Origin: the human T2T-CHM13v2.0 reference genome, Homo sapiens
Reading direction: 5' to 3' (one strand)
DNA length: 64,000 bases
Assembly: GCF_009914755.1 (NCBI RefSeq)
Contig: NC_060943.1
Below the pieces are notes generated by a model. The model did not search any database. It saw nothing but the letters and a program-made list of their open reading frames with translations, and was not told where the DNA came from. Both the position numbers and the translations under genes were made by a program. How positions within the stretch are numbered: position 1 is the first letter of the stretch; every line of letters starts with the position of its first letter. This document shows positions 26,510-39,700 of this stretch, one piece after another.

Positions 26510-27215
26510 CAAGTGAGTGGCCCCACCGGTCATCTCATTGCCCAAGCCAGAAACCTCTCGGCCACACTGGAGAGCTCCCAGAATGAGTCCTCTGCACTCC
26601 CCAGTCCATCTCCGGGGCTTCAAAGTGGCTTGTTTGCTTCTGTCCTTGTCTTAGCCGCAGACTGTTCTCAGTCCTCCCACCGTGCCTCTCAGCTTCCACC
26701 CTGCGGTCCCCACCCCTTCCTTTATCCTCTGGAAGGTGCTATGCTTCCCCCTGCCTCAGTGGGCTTCCAGGAGAGAATTAAGCCCTCACAGCCCAAGGCA
26801 TCTACTGGATGTAATAAGTGGGCACCTCTCCTTCGTGTCTAGAAGGTTACTAGTCTTGGACCATCCTTGGGAGAACTGAGAAGTCACTCAGATCATTTTC
26901 TGTGGGCCTTAATTCTGTCACGCTTGAGAAAGACTGCTTTGGCCACGGGACCTTTGCATGTGCTGTTATGGCTGCTGGAATGCTCCCTCAGTGCTTCTCT
27001 GGGTCATGCCTGCTCGTTCTTGAGATCAAGGGTCAAGTACCCCTCAGGTTCCTTTTATAAGTGGCCTCAGCACCATGTTCCAATTTCTCCTCAGCACTTG
27101 TTTCTCAGTTTCACATTTATTGGCATGATTATTTGATGTACGTCTCTCTCCCACACTCTGTGTCCGTTGCCTGTGCTAGAAATGTGGGAGGTGCTCCATA
27201 AACAGCTGTTAGGAA
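26510..27215 (+). mobile_element. L2 fragment
   Basis: C/T-rich block interrupting the G-rich satellite, with L2-like phrases (cccaagccagaaacct; gggacctttgcatgtgctgtt...tgctggaatgctc; gtgctccataaac). Confidence 0.65.
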
Positions 27216-27779
27216 GACATCCGTGAAGTTCTGAGGACTCTGATGGCACCAAGTGGAGCTTGCAGGTGTGGCTTGAGAAGGTGCAGTGTGAATGATAGGC
27301 CTAGGTGATAGGCCGAGAAGATCGGTCAAGCCCAGATATGACCCACTGGGCCTGTCAGTGTCCAGGAGGTGGGGTGAGGCACAGGTCTAAGGTTCTGGAT
27401 CTGTCAGTACCACCTGAGGAGTTGGGAATGGGCACAGGTACAAAGTGATGAGTCTTCATTGTTCAACAAAGAATGGCACAGGTGTGAGGATCTGGGTTTG
27501 TCAGTATCTGAGGATGTGGGGCCTGGCACAAGTATGAGGCACTGGGCCACTGTTCAAGCAGGTGGGCTGGGGAACAGAAATGTAGCTGTGGGTTTTTAAT
27601 ATCTGAGGAGACCTAGCCAAGTGTAGCAGAGAGCTGCTGGGTCTTTCATTGTCCAAGGAAGCATACCTGGGCACAAGTATGAGACTGAGAAGGTGGGTCC
27701 TGGCACCGGTAAGGGGCTCTGGGTCTGCAAGTGTCTATGGAAGTAGGGCCTGGTACAGGTATGTGGTGCTGGAAGAGGT

Positions 27780-30700
27780 ATCCAAGGAGGTGGGCTAAGT
27801 ACAGGTATGACATCTGGGTCTTCCAGTGTGTGAGGAGGTAGGATCTGGTACAAGTATGAGGCCCTGGGTCTGCTGGTGTCTGAGGAGATAACAGCAGGTT
27901 ACAGGTATGAGGCCCTGGGTCTGCTGGTGTCTGAGGAGGTAACATCTAGTACAGGTATGAAATCTGGGTCTTCCTGTGTCTGAGAAGGTAGCACCTGGCA
28001 CAGGTATGAGGATCTGGGTCTTCCCAATGTTTGAGGAGGTAGCATCTGGCACAGGTATGAGGATATGGGTCTTCCATGTCTGAGGAGGTAGCACCTGGCA
28101 CAGGTATGAGAATCTGGGTCTTCCAGTGTCTGAGGAGGTAGCACCTGGCACAGGTATGAGTATCTGGGTCTTCCCGTGTCTGAGGAGGTAGCACCTGGCA
28201 CAGGTATGAGGATCTGGGTCTTCCTGTGTCTGAGGAGGTAGCACCTGGCACAGGTATGAGGATCTGGGTCTTCCCGTGTCTGAGTAGGTAGCACCTGGCA
28301 CAGGTATGAGGATATGGGTCTTCCATGTCTGAGGAGGTAGCACCTGGCACAGATATGAGGATCTGCGTCTTCCAGTGTTTGAGGAGGTGAGTTTGGACTC
28401 AGGTTTGAGGCCCTTGGGCTTCCAGTGCCTGAGGAGATAGCATCTGGCACAGGTATGAAGCCCTGAGTCTTCTAGTGTCTGGGGAAGTGAGGCTGGGTAC
28501 AAGTATGAGGATCTGTGTCCATCAGTATCTGAGGAGGTGGGATCGGGTCCTGGTATGAGGATCTGGGTCTGTCCATGTCTAAGGAGGTAAGATCTGGCCC
28601 TGGTATGAGGATCTAGGACTGTCCATGTCTGAGGAGTTACCATCTGGTACAGGAATGAGGATCTGGGTCTGTCAATATCAGAGGAGGTAGGAATCTGGTA
28701 CAGGTATGAGGATCTGCGTCTGTCAAAGTCTGAGGAGTTACCATCTGGTACAGGAATGAGGAGATGTGTCTTCCAGTGACTTAGGAGGTACGATCTCTTA
28801 TAGGTATGAGGATCTGGGTCTGTCAATGTCTGAGGAGGTAGGATCTGGCCCTGGTATGAGAATCCGGGTCTGTCCATGTCTGAGCAGGTAGGATGTGTCC
28901 CTGGTATGAGGATCCGGGTCTGTCAATTTCTGAAGAGGTGGGAATTTGGTACATGTATGAGGATCTGGGTCTGTCAGTATCTGAGGAGGTAGGATCTGGT
29001 ACAGTTGTGAGGATCTGGGTCTTCGGGTGTCTGAGGAGGTGGCATTTGGCACAGGTATGAGAATCTGGATCTTCTAGTGTCTGAGGAGGTGGGATCTGGT
29101 ATTAATTATGAGAATCTGGTTCTGTCAGTGACTGAGGAGGTAGGATCTGGCATAAGCATGAGGATCTGGGTCTGTCAATGTCTGAGGAGGCAGTATCTGG
29201 TACAGGTATGAGGATCTGGGTCTGTCATGTCTGGAGGTAAGATCTGGCATGAGTATGAGGATTTGGTTCTGTTCATGTCTGAGGAGGTAGGATCTGGTGC
29301 AGGTATAAGGATCTGGGTCTTTCAATGTCTGAGAAGGTAGGATCTGGTACAGGTGTGAGGATCTGGGTCTGTTAATGTCTGAGGAGGTAGGATCTGGCAC
29401 TGGTAAGAGGATCTGCATCTGTCAGTTTCTGAGGAGGTAGGATCTGGCCCTAGTAAGAAGATCTCAGTCTGTCAATTTCTGAGGAGGTGGGAACTGGCAC
29501 AAGTATGAGGATCTGGGTCTGTCAATATCTGAGGACGTAGGATCTGGTGCAGATATAAGGATCTGGGTCTGTCAGGGTATGAGGAGGTAAGATCTGGTAC
29601 AGTATTGAGGATTTGGGACTGTCCATGTCTGAGGAGGTAGGATCTGATGCACATATAAGGATCTGGGTCGGTCAGTGTCTAAGGAGGTAGGATCTGGCAC
29701 AAGTATAAGGATCTGGATCTGTCAATGCCTGAGGAGGTAGGATCTGGTGCAGGTATAAGGATCTGGGTCGGTCAATATCTGAGGAGGTGTGATCTGGCCC
29801 TGGTATGATGATCTGTGTCTTCCAGTGTCCTAGGAGTTGGGATCTGGCCCTGGTGTGAGGATCTGGGTCTGTCAATATCTGAAGAGGTAGGAATCCGGTA
29901 CAGGTATGGGATCTGCATCTGTCAATGTCTGAGGAGGTAGGACCTGGCCCTGGTATGAGGATCTGGGTCTGTCAATGTCTGAGGAGTTAGGAATCGTACA
30001 AGTATGAGGATCTGGGTCTTTCCATATCTGAGGAGGTAGGATCTGGGTCTGTCCATGTCTGAGGAGGTAGGATCTGGCATGAATATGACGATCTGGGTCT
30101 GTCAATATCTGAAGAGGTAGGAATCTGGTACAGGTATGAAGATCTGCATCTGTCAATGTCTGAGGAGGTAGGACCTGGCCCTGGTATGAGGATCTGGGTC
30201 TGTCAATGTCTGAGGAGGTTGGAATTGTACAAGTATGAGGATCTGGGTCTCTCCATGCCTGAGGAGGTAAGGTCTGGGTCTGTCCATGTCTGAGGAGGTA
30301 GGATCGAGGTCTCCCCATGTCTGAGGAGGTAGGATCTGGGTCTGTCCGTGTCTGAGGAGGTAGGCTCTTGCATGAATATGAGGACCTGGGTCTGTCCATG
30401 TCTGCAGAGGTAGGATCTGGTGCAGGTATAAGGATCTGGGTCTTTCCATGTCTGAGGAAATAGGATCTGGTACAGGTATGAGGATCTGGGTCTGTCAATA
30501 TGCGAGGAGGTAGGATCTAGCCCTGGTTTGAGGATCTGGGTCTGTCCATGTCTGAGAAGGTAGGATCTAGCCCTGGTATGAGGCTTATGAGGATTTAGGT
30601 CTGTCAGTATCTGAGGAGTTAGGATCTGGGTGCAGGTACAGGTATGAGGATCTGGGTCTGTCAGTGTCTGAGGAGGTAGGATCTGGCCCCCATATGAGGC

Positions 30701-33700
30701 TCTGGGTTGCCCATGTCTGAGAAGGTAGGATCTGGCCCTGATAGGAGGATTATGAGGATCTGGATCTGTCAGTATCTGAGGAGGTAGGATCTGGTGCCGG
30801 TATGAGGATCGAGTCTGTCAGTGTCTGAGGAGGTAGGATCTGGTGCTGGTATGAGGATCTGAGTCTGTCAGTGTCTGAGGAGGTAGGATCTGGTACAGGT
30901 GTGAGGATCTGGGTCTCTCTATGTCTGAGCAGGTAGGATCTGGCATGAGTATGAGGATTTGGGTCTGTCCATGTCTGAGGAGGTAGGATCTGGCGCAGGT
31001 ATAAGGATCTGGGTCTTTCAATGTCTGAGAAGGTAGGATCTGGCCCTGGTATGAGGATCTGAGGCTTTCAATATCTGAGGTGGTAGGGATCTGGTACAGG
31101 TATGAGTATCTGGGTCTCTCCATGTCTGAGAAGGTAGGAATCTGTTACAGGCATGAAGATCTGGGTCTGTCAATGTGTGAAGAGATAAGATCTGGCCCTG
31201 GTATGAGGATCTGTGTCTCCCCATGTCTGAGGAGGTAGGATCTGGATCTGCCTCTGTCTGAGGAGGTAGGATCTGGCATGAGTATGAGCATCTGGGTCTG
31301 TCCATGTTTGCAGAGGTAGGATCTGGTGCAGGTATGAGGATCTGGGTCTCTCCATGTCTGAGGAAGTAGGATCTGGTACAGGTATGAGGATCTGGGTCTG
31401 TCAGTATCTGAGGAGGTATGAATCTGGTACAGGTATGAGGATCTGGGTCTGTCTATGTCCAAGGAGGTAGGATCTGGTACAAGTGTGAAGATCTGGGTCT
31501 GTCTGTATCTGAGGAGGTAGGAATCTGGTACAGGTATGAAGATCTGGGTCTGCCAGTGTCTGAGGAGGTAGGATCTGGCCCTGGTATGAGGATCTGGGTC
31601 TGACCATGTCTGAGAAGGTAGGATCTGGCCCTGGTATGAGGCTTATGAGGATTTGGGTCTGTCAGTATCTGAGGAGGTAAGATCTGGGTGCGGGTACAGG
31701 TCTGAGGATCTGTTTTGTCAGTGTCTGAGGAGGTAGGATCTGGCCCCCTTATGAGGCTCTGGGTTGTTCATGTCTCAGACAGTAGGATCTGGCCCTGATA
31801 GGAGGATTATGAGGATCTGGGACTGTCAGTATCTGAGGAGGTAGGATCTGGGTGCCGGTATAAGGATCTGGGTCTGCCAGTGTCTGAGGAGGTAGGATCT
31901 GGCCCTGGTATGAGGATCTGGGTCTGACCATGTCTGAGAAGGTAGGATCTGGCCCTGGTATGAGGCTTATGAGGATTTGGGTCTGTCAGTATCTGAGGAG
32001 GTAAGATCTGGGTGCGGGTACAGGTCTGAGGATCTGTTTTGTCAGTGTCTGAGGAGGTAGGATCTGGCCCCCTTATGAGGCTCTGGGTTGTTCATGTCTC
32101 AGACAGTAGGATCTGGCCCTGATAGGAGGATTATGAGGATCTGGGACTGTCAGTATCTGAGGAGGTAGGATCTGGGTGCCGGTATAAGGATCTGGATCTG
32201 TCAGTGTCTGAGGAGGTAGGATCTGGCGCTGGTATGAGGATGTGAGTCTGTCAATTCTGAGGAGGTAGGATTTGGTACAAGTGTGAAGATCTGGGTCTCT
32301 CTCTGTCTGAGCAGGTAGGATCTGGTAAAAGTGTGAGGATCCAGGCCTGTCCATGTCTGAGGAGGTAGGATCTGGCATGACTATGAGGATCTGGGTCTGT
32401 CCATATCTGAGGAGGGAGGATCTGGGTCTTTCAATATCTGAGAAGGTAGGATCTGGCCCTGGTATGAGGATCTGAGTCTTTCAATATCTGAGGAGGTAGG
32501 ATCTGGCATGACTATGAGGATCTGGGTCTGTCCATATCTGAGGAGGGAGGATCTGGATCTTTCAATATCTGAGAAGGTAGGATCTGGCCCTGGTATGAGG
32601 ATCTGAGTCTTTCAATATCTGAGGAGGTAGGAATCTAATACAGGTATGAGTTTCTGGGTCTCTCCATGTCTGAGAAGGTAGGATCTGGCATGAATATGAG
32701 GATTTGGGTCTGTCCATGTCTGAGGACGTAGAATCTGTCCCTGGTATGAGGATCTGAGTCTTTCAATATCTGAGGAGGGAGGAATCTAGTACAGGTATGA
32801 GTATCTGGGTCTCTCCCTGTTAGAGAAGGTAGGAATCTGTTACAGGCATGAAGATCTGGGTCTGTCAATTTGTGAAGAGGTAAGATCTGGCCCTGGTATG
32901 AGGATCATGTCTCCCCATGTCAGAGGAGGTAGCATCTGGGTCTACCCATGTCTTAGGAGGTAGGATCTGGCATGAGTATGAGGATCTGGGTCTGTCCATG
33001 TCTGAGGAGGTAGGATCTGGCGCAGATATAAGGATCTGGCTCTTTCAATGTCTGAGAAGGTAGGATCTGGCCCTGGTATGAGGATCTGGGTCCGTCAATA
33101 TCTGAGGAGGTAGGAATCCGGCCCTCGTATGCGGATGCGGGTCTCTCCATCTCTGAGGGGTTGAATCTGGTACAGGTATGAGGATCTGGGTCTGTCAGTG
33201 TCAGGAGGTAGGATCTGGCCCTAGTATGGGTATCTGGGTCTGTCCATGTCTGAGAAGGTAGGATCTGGCCCATTAGGATTGTGAGGATCTGGGTCTGTCA
33301 GTATCTGAGGAGGTAGGATCTGGGTGTGGGTATAAGGATCTGGATCTGTTGGTGTCTTAGGGGGTAAGATCTGGCCCTGGTATAAGGATCTAGGTCTTTC
33401 CATGTCTGAGGAAGTAGGATCTGGTACAGGTATGAGGATCTGGGTCTGTCAATATGTGAGGAGGTAGGATCTGTCCGTGGTATGAGGATCGGGGTCTGTC
33501 TGAGAAGGTAGGATCTGGCCCTGGTATGAGGATCTTGGTCTGACCATGTCTGAGAAGGTAGGATCTGGCCCTGGTATGAGGCTTATGAGGATCTGGGACT
33601 GTCAGTATCTGAGGAGGTAGGATCTGGGTGCCGGTATAAGGATCTGGATCTGTCAGTATCTGAGGAGGTAGGATCTGGCGCTGGTTTGAGGATCTGAGTC

Positions 33701-36700
33701 TGTCAATGTCTGAGGAGGTAGGATTTGGTAGACGTGTGAAGATCTGGGTCTCTCTATGTCTGAGCAGGTAGGATCTGGTAAAAGTGTGAGGATCTGGGCC
33801 TGTCCATGTCTGAGGAGGTAGGATCTGGCATGAGTATGAGGATCTGGGTCTGTCCATATCTGAGGAGGTAGGATCTGGCGCAGGTATGAGGATCTGGGTC
33901 TTTCAATATCTGAGAAGGTAGGATCTGGCCCTGGTATGAGGATCTGAGTCTTTCAATATCTGAAGAGGTAGGAATCTAGTATAGGTATGAGGATCTGTGT
34001 CTCCCCATGTCTGAGGAGGTAGGATCTGGCATGAGTATGAGGATTTGGGTCTCTCCATGTCTGAGGAGGTAGGATCTGGCGCAGGTATAAGGATCTGGGT
34101 CTTTCAATGTGTGAGAAGGTAGGATCTGGCCCTGGTATGAGGATCTGAGTCTTTCAATATCTGAGGAGGTAGGAGTCTAGTACAGGTATGAGTATCTGGA
34201 TCTCCCCATGTCTGAGAAGGTAGGAATCTGTTACTGGCATGAAGATCTGTGTCTGTCAATGTGTGAAGAGGTAAGCTCTGGCCCTGGTATGAGGATCTGG
34301 GTCTGTCCATGTCTGAGGAGGTAGGATCTGGCGCAGATATAAGGATCTGGCTCTTTCAATGTCTGAGAAGGTAGGATCTGGCCCTGGTATGAGGATCTGG
34401 GTCCGTCAATATCTGAGGAGGTAGGAATCCGGCCCTCGTATGAGGATGCGGGTCTCTCCATCTCTGAGGGGTTGAATCTGGTACAGGTATGAGGATCTGG
34501 GTCTGTCAGTGTCAGGAAGTAGGATCTGGCCCTGGTATGGGTATCTGGGTCTGTCCATGTCTGAGAAGGTAGGATCTGGCCCTGGTATGAGGATCTGAGT
34601 CTTTCAATATCTGAGAAGGTAGGAATCTAGTACAGGTATGAGTATCTGGATCTCCCCATGTCTGAGAAGGTAGAAATCTGTTATAGGCATGAAGATCTGG
34701 GTCTGTCAATGTGTGAAGAGGTAAGATCTGGCCCTGGTATGAGCATTGTGTCTCCCCATGTCTGAGGAGGTAGCGTCTGGGTCTACCCATGTCTTAGGAG
34801 GTAGGATCTGGCATGAGTATGAGGATCTGGGTCTGTCCATGTCTGAGGAGGTAGGATCTGGCGCAGATATAAGGATCTGGCTCTTTCAGTGTCTGAGAAG
34901 GTAGGATCTGGCCCTGGTATGAGAATCTGGGTCCGTCAATATCTGAGGAGGTAGGAATCCGGCCCTCGTATGCGGATGCGGGTCTCTCCATCTCTGAGGG
35001 GTTGAATCTGGTACAGGTATGAGGATCTGGGTCTGTCAGTGTCAGGAGGTAGGATCTGGCCCTAGTATGGGTATCTGGGTCTGTCCATGTCTGAGAAGGT
35101 AGGATCTGGCCCATTAGGATTGTGAGGATCTGGGTCTGTCAGTATCTGAGGAGGTAGGATCTGGGTGCGGGTATAAGGATCTGGATCTGTCAGTGTCTTA
35201 GGAGGTAAGATCTGGCCCTGGTATAAAGCTCTAGGTCTTTCCATGTCTGAGGAAGTAGGATCTGGTACAGGTATGAGGATCTGGGTCTGTCAATATGTGA
35301 GGAGGTAGGATCTGTCCATGGTATGAGGATCGGGGTCTGTCTGAGAAGGTAGGATCTGGCCCTGGTATGAGGCTTATGAGGATTTAGGTCTGTCAGTATC
35401 TGAGGAGTTAGGATCTGGGTGCGTCAGTGTCTGAGGAGGTAGGATCTGGTCCCCGTATAAGGCTCTGGGTTGCCCATGTGTGAGAAGGTAGGATCTGGCC
35501 CTGATAGGAGGATTATGAGGATTTGGATCTGTCAGTATCTGAGGAGGTAGGATCTGGGTGCCGATATAAGGATCTGGATCTGTCAGTGTCTGAGGAGGTA
35601 GGATCTGGTGCTGGTATGAGGATCGAGTTTGTCAGTGTCTGAGGAGGTAGGATCTGGTACAGGTGTGAGGATCTGGGTCTTTCTATGTCTGAGCAGGTAG
35701 GATCTGGTACAAGTGTGAGGATCTGGGTCTGTCCATGTCTGAGAAGGTAGGATCTGGCCCTGGTTTGAGAATCTGAGTCTTTCAATATCTGAGGAGGTAG
35801 GAATCTAGTACAGGTATGACGATCTGGGTCTCTTCATGTCTGAAGACGTAGGAATGTGTTACAGGCATGAAGATATGGGTCTGTCAATGTGTGAAGATAC
35901 AAGATCTAAGGAGGTAGGATCTGGATCTGCCTGTGTCTGAAGAGGTAGGATCTGGCATGAGTATGAGGATCTGGGTCTGTCCATGTCTGCAGAGGTAGGA
36001 TCTGGCACAGGTATGAGGATCTGGGTCTCTCCATGTCTGAGGAAGTAGGATCAGGTACAGGTATGAGGATGTGGGTCTGTCAATATCTGAGGAGGTACGA
36101 ATCTGGTACAGGTATGAGGATCTGGGTCTGTCTATGTCCGAGGAGGTAGGATCTTGTATAGGTGTGAAGATGTGGGTCTGTCTATATCTGAGGAGGTAGG
36201 AATCTGGTACAGGTATGAGGATCTGGGTCTTTCAGTGTCTGAGGAGGTAGGATCTGGCCCTGGTATGAGGATCTGGGTCTGACCATGTCTGAGAAGGTAG
36301 GATCTGGCCCTGGTATGAGGCTTATGAGGATTTGGGTCTGTCAGTATCTGAGGAGGTAGGATCTCGGTGCGGGTACAGGTTTGAGGATCTGTTTTGTCAG
36401 TGTCTGAGGAGGTGGGATGTGGCCCTGGTATGAGGCTCTGGGTTGCTCATGGCTGAGACAGTAAGATCTGGCCCTAGGAGGATTATGAGGATCTAGGACT
36501 GTCAGTATCTGAGGAGGTAGGATCTGGGTGCCGGTATTAGGATCTGGATCTGTCAGTATCTGAGGAGGTGGGATCTGGCGCTGGTATGAGGATCTGAGTC
36601 TGTCAATGTCTGAGGAGGTAGGATCTGGTACAAGTGTGAAGATCTGGGTCTCTGTATGTTTGATCCGGTAGGATCTGGTAAAAGTGTGAGGATCTGGGTC

Positions 36701-39700
36701 TGTCCATGTCTGGGGAGGTAGGATCTGGCACAGATATAAGGATCTGGATCTTTCAATGTTTGAGAAGGTAGGATCTGGCCCTGGTATGAGGATCTGAGTC
36801 TTTCAATATCTGAGAAGGTAGGAATCTAGTACAGGTATGAGTATCTGGGTCTCTCCATGTCTGAGAAGGTAGAAATCTGTTATAGGCATGAAGATCTGGG
36901 TCTGTCAGTGTGTGAAGAGGTAAGATCTGGCCCTGGTATGAGGATCTGTGTCTCCCCATGTCTGAGGAGGTAGCCTCTGGGTCTGCCCATGTCTTAGGAG
37001 GTAGGATCTGGCATGAGTATGAGGATCTGGGTTTGTCCATGTCTGCAGTGGTAGGATATGGAGCAGGTATAAGGATCTGGGTCTTTCAATGTCTGAGAAG
37101 GTAGGATCTGGCCCTGGTATGAGGATCTGGGTCTGTCAATATCTGAAGAGGTCGGAATCCGGCCCTTGTATGAGGATGTGGGTCTCTCCATCTCTGAGGG
37201 GGTTGAATCTTGTATAGGTATGAGATCTGGGTCTGTCAGTGTCTGAGGAGGTAGAATCTGATCCTGGTATGGGTATCTGGGTCTGTCCTTGTCTGAGAAG
37301 GTAGGGTCTGGCCCATTAGGATTATGAGGATCTGGGTCTGTCAGTTTCTGAGGAGGTAGGATCCGGGTGCAGGTATAAGGATCTGGATCTGTCAGTGTCT
37401 TAGGAGGTAACATCTTGCCTTGGTATAAGGATCTGGGTCTTTCTATGTCTGAGGAAGTAGGATCTGGTACAGGTGTGAGGATCTGGATCTGTCAGTATCT
37501 GAGGAGGTAGGATCCGGGTGCAGGTATAAGGATCTGGATCTGTCAGTGTCTTAGGAGGTAAGATCGGGCCCTGGTATAAGGATCTGGGTCTCTGCATGTC
37601 TAAGGAAGTAGGATCTGGTACAGGTATGAGGATCTGGGTCTGTCAATATGTGAGGAGGTAGGATCTGGCCGTGGTATGAGGATCTGGGTCTGTCCATGTC
37701 TGATAAGGTAGGATCTGGCCGTGGTATGAGGCTTATGAGGATTTAGGTTTGTCAGTATCTGAGGAGGTAGGATCTGGCCCTGGTATGAGGCTTATGAGGA
37801 TTTAGGTCTGTCAGTATCTGAGGAGGTAGGATCTGGGTGTGAGTAAAGGTATGAGGATCTGGGTGTGTCAGTGTCTGAGGAGGTAGGATCTGGCCCCCGT
37901 ATGAGGCTCTGGGTTGCTCATGTCTGAGAAGGTAGGATCTGGCCCTGATAGGATTATGAGGATCTGGGTCTGTCAGTATCTGAGGAGGTAGGATCTGGCG
38001 CTGGTATGAGGATCGAGTCTGTCAGTGTCTGAGGAGGTAGGATCTGGTGCTGGTATGAGGATCGAGTCTATCAGTGTCTAAGGAGGTAGGATCTGGTGCT
38101 GGTATGAGAATCGAGTCTGTCAGTGTCTGAGGAGGTGGATCTGGATCTGTCAGTATCTGAGGAGGTAGGATCTGGCCTTGGTTTGAGGAACTGGGTCGTT
38201 CAATATCTGAGGAGGTACGAATCTGATACAGGTATGAAGATCTGGTTCTCTCCATGTCTGGAGGTAGGATCTGGTACAAGTGTGAGGATCTGGGTCTGTT
38301 TATATCTGAGGAGGTAGGATCTGTACAGGTGTGAGGATCTGGGTCTCTCTGTTTCTGAGCAGGTAGGATCTGGTACAAGTGTAAGGATCTGGGTCTGTCC
38401 ATGTCTGAGGAGGTAGGATCTGGAGCAGGTATAAGGATCTGGGTCTTTCAATGTCTGAGAAGGTAGGATCTGGCCATGGTATGAGGATCTGAGTCTTTCA
38501 ATATCTGAGGAGATAGGAATATAGTACAGGTGTGAGGATCTGGGTCTCTCCATGTTGGAAGAGGTAGGAATCTCTTACAGACATGAAGATCTGCGTCTGT
38601 CAATGTGTGAAGAGGTAAGACCTGGCCCTGGTATGAAGATCTGTGTCTCCCCATGTCTGAGAAGGTAGGATCTGGATCTGCCTGTGTCTGAGGAGGTAGG
38701 ATCTGGCATGAGTATGAGGGTCTCGGTCTGTCCATGTCTGCAGAGGTAGGATCTGGCGCAGGTATGAGGATCTGGGTCTGTCAATATCTGAGGAAATACG
38801 AATCTGGTACAGGTATGAGGATCTGGGTCTGTTTATGTCTGAGGAGGTAGGATCTGGTACAGGTGTGAAGATCTGGGTCTGTCTGTATCTGAGGAGGTAG
38901 GAATCTGGTACAGGTGTGAGGATCTGGGTCTGTCAGTGTCTGAGGAGGTAGGATCTGGCCCTGGTATGAGGATCTGGGTCTGACCATGTCTGAGAAGGTA
39001 GGATCTTGCCCTGGTATGAGGATTGAGTCTGTCAGTGTCTGAGGAGGTAGGATCAGGTGTTGGTATGAGGATCGAGTGTATCAGTGTCTGAGGAGGTAGG
39101 ATCTGGGTGCCGGTTTAAGGATCTGGATCTGTCAGTATCTGAGGAGGTAGGATCTGGTGCTGGTATGGGTATCTGAGTCTGTCAATGTCTCAGGAGGTAG
39201 GATGTGGTACAAGTGTGAAGATCTGGATCTCTCTATGTCTGAGCAGGTAGGATCTGGTACAAGTGTGAGGATCTGGGCCTGTCCATATCTGAGGAGGTAG
39301 GATCTGGCATGAGTATGAGGATCTGGGTCTGTCCATGTCTGAGGAGGTAGGATCTGGCACAGATATAAGGATCTGGATCTTTCAATATCTGAGAAGGTAG
39401 GATCTGGCCCTGGTATGAGGATCAGAGTCTGTCAATATCTGAGAAGGTAGGAATCTAGTACAGGTATGAGTATCTGGGTCTCTCCATGTCTGAGAAGGTA
39501 GAAATCTGTTATAGGCATGAAGATCTGGGTCTGTCAATGTGTGAAGAGATAAGATCTGGCCCTGGTATGAGGATCTGTGTCTCCCCATGTCTGAGGAGGT
39601 AGGATCTGGCATGAGTATGAGGATCTGGGTCTGTCCATGTCTGCAGAGGTAGGATCTGGGATGAGTATGAGGATCTGAGTCTGACCATGTCTGAGAAGGT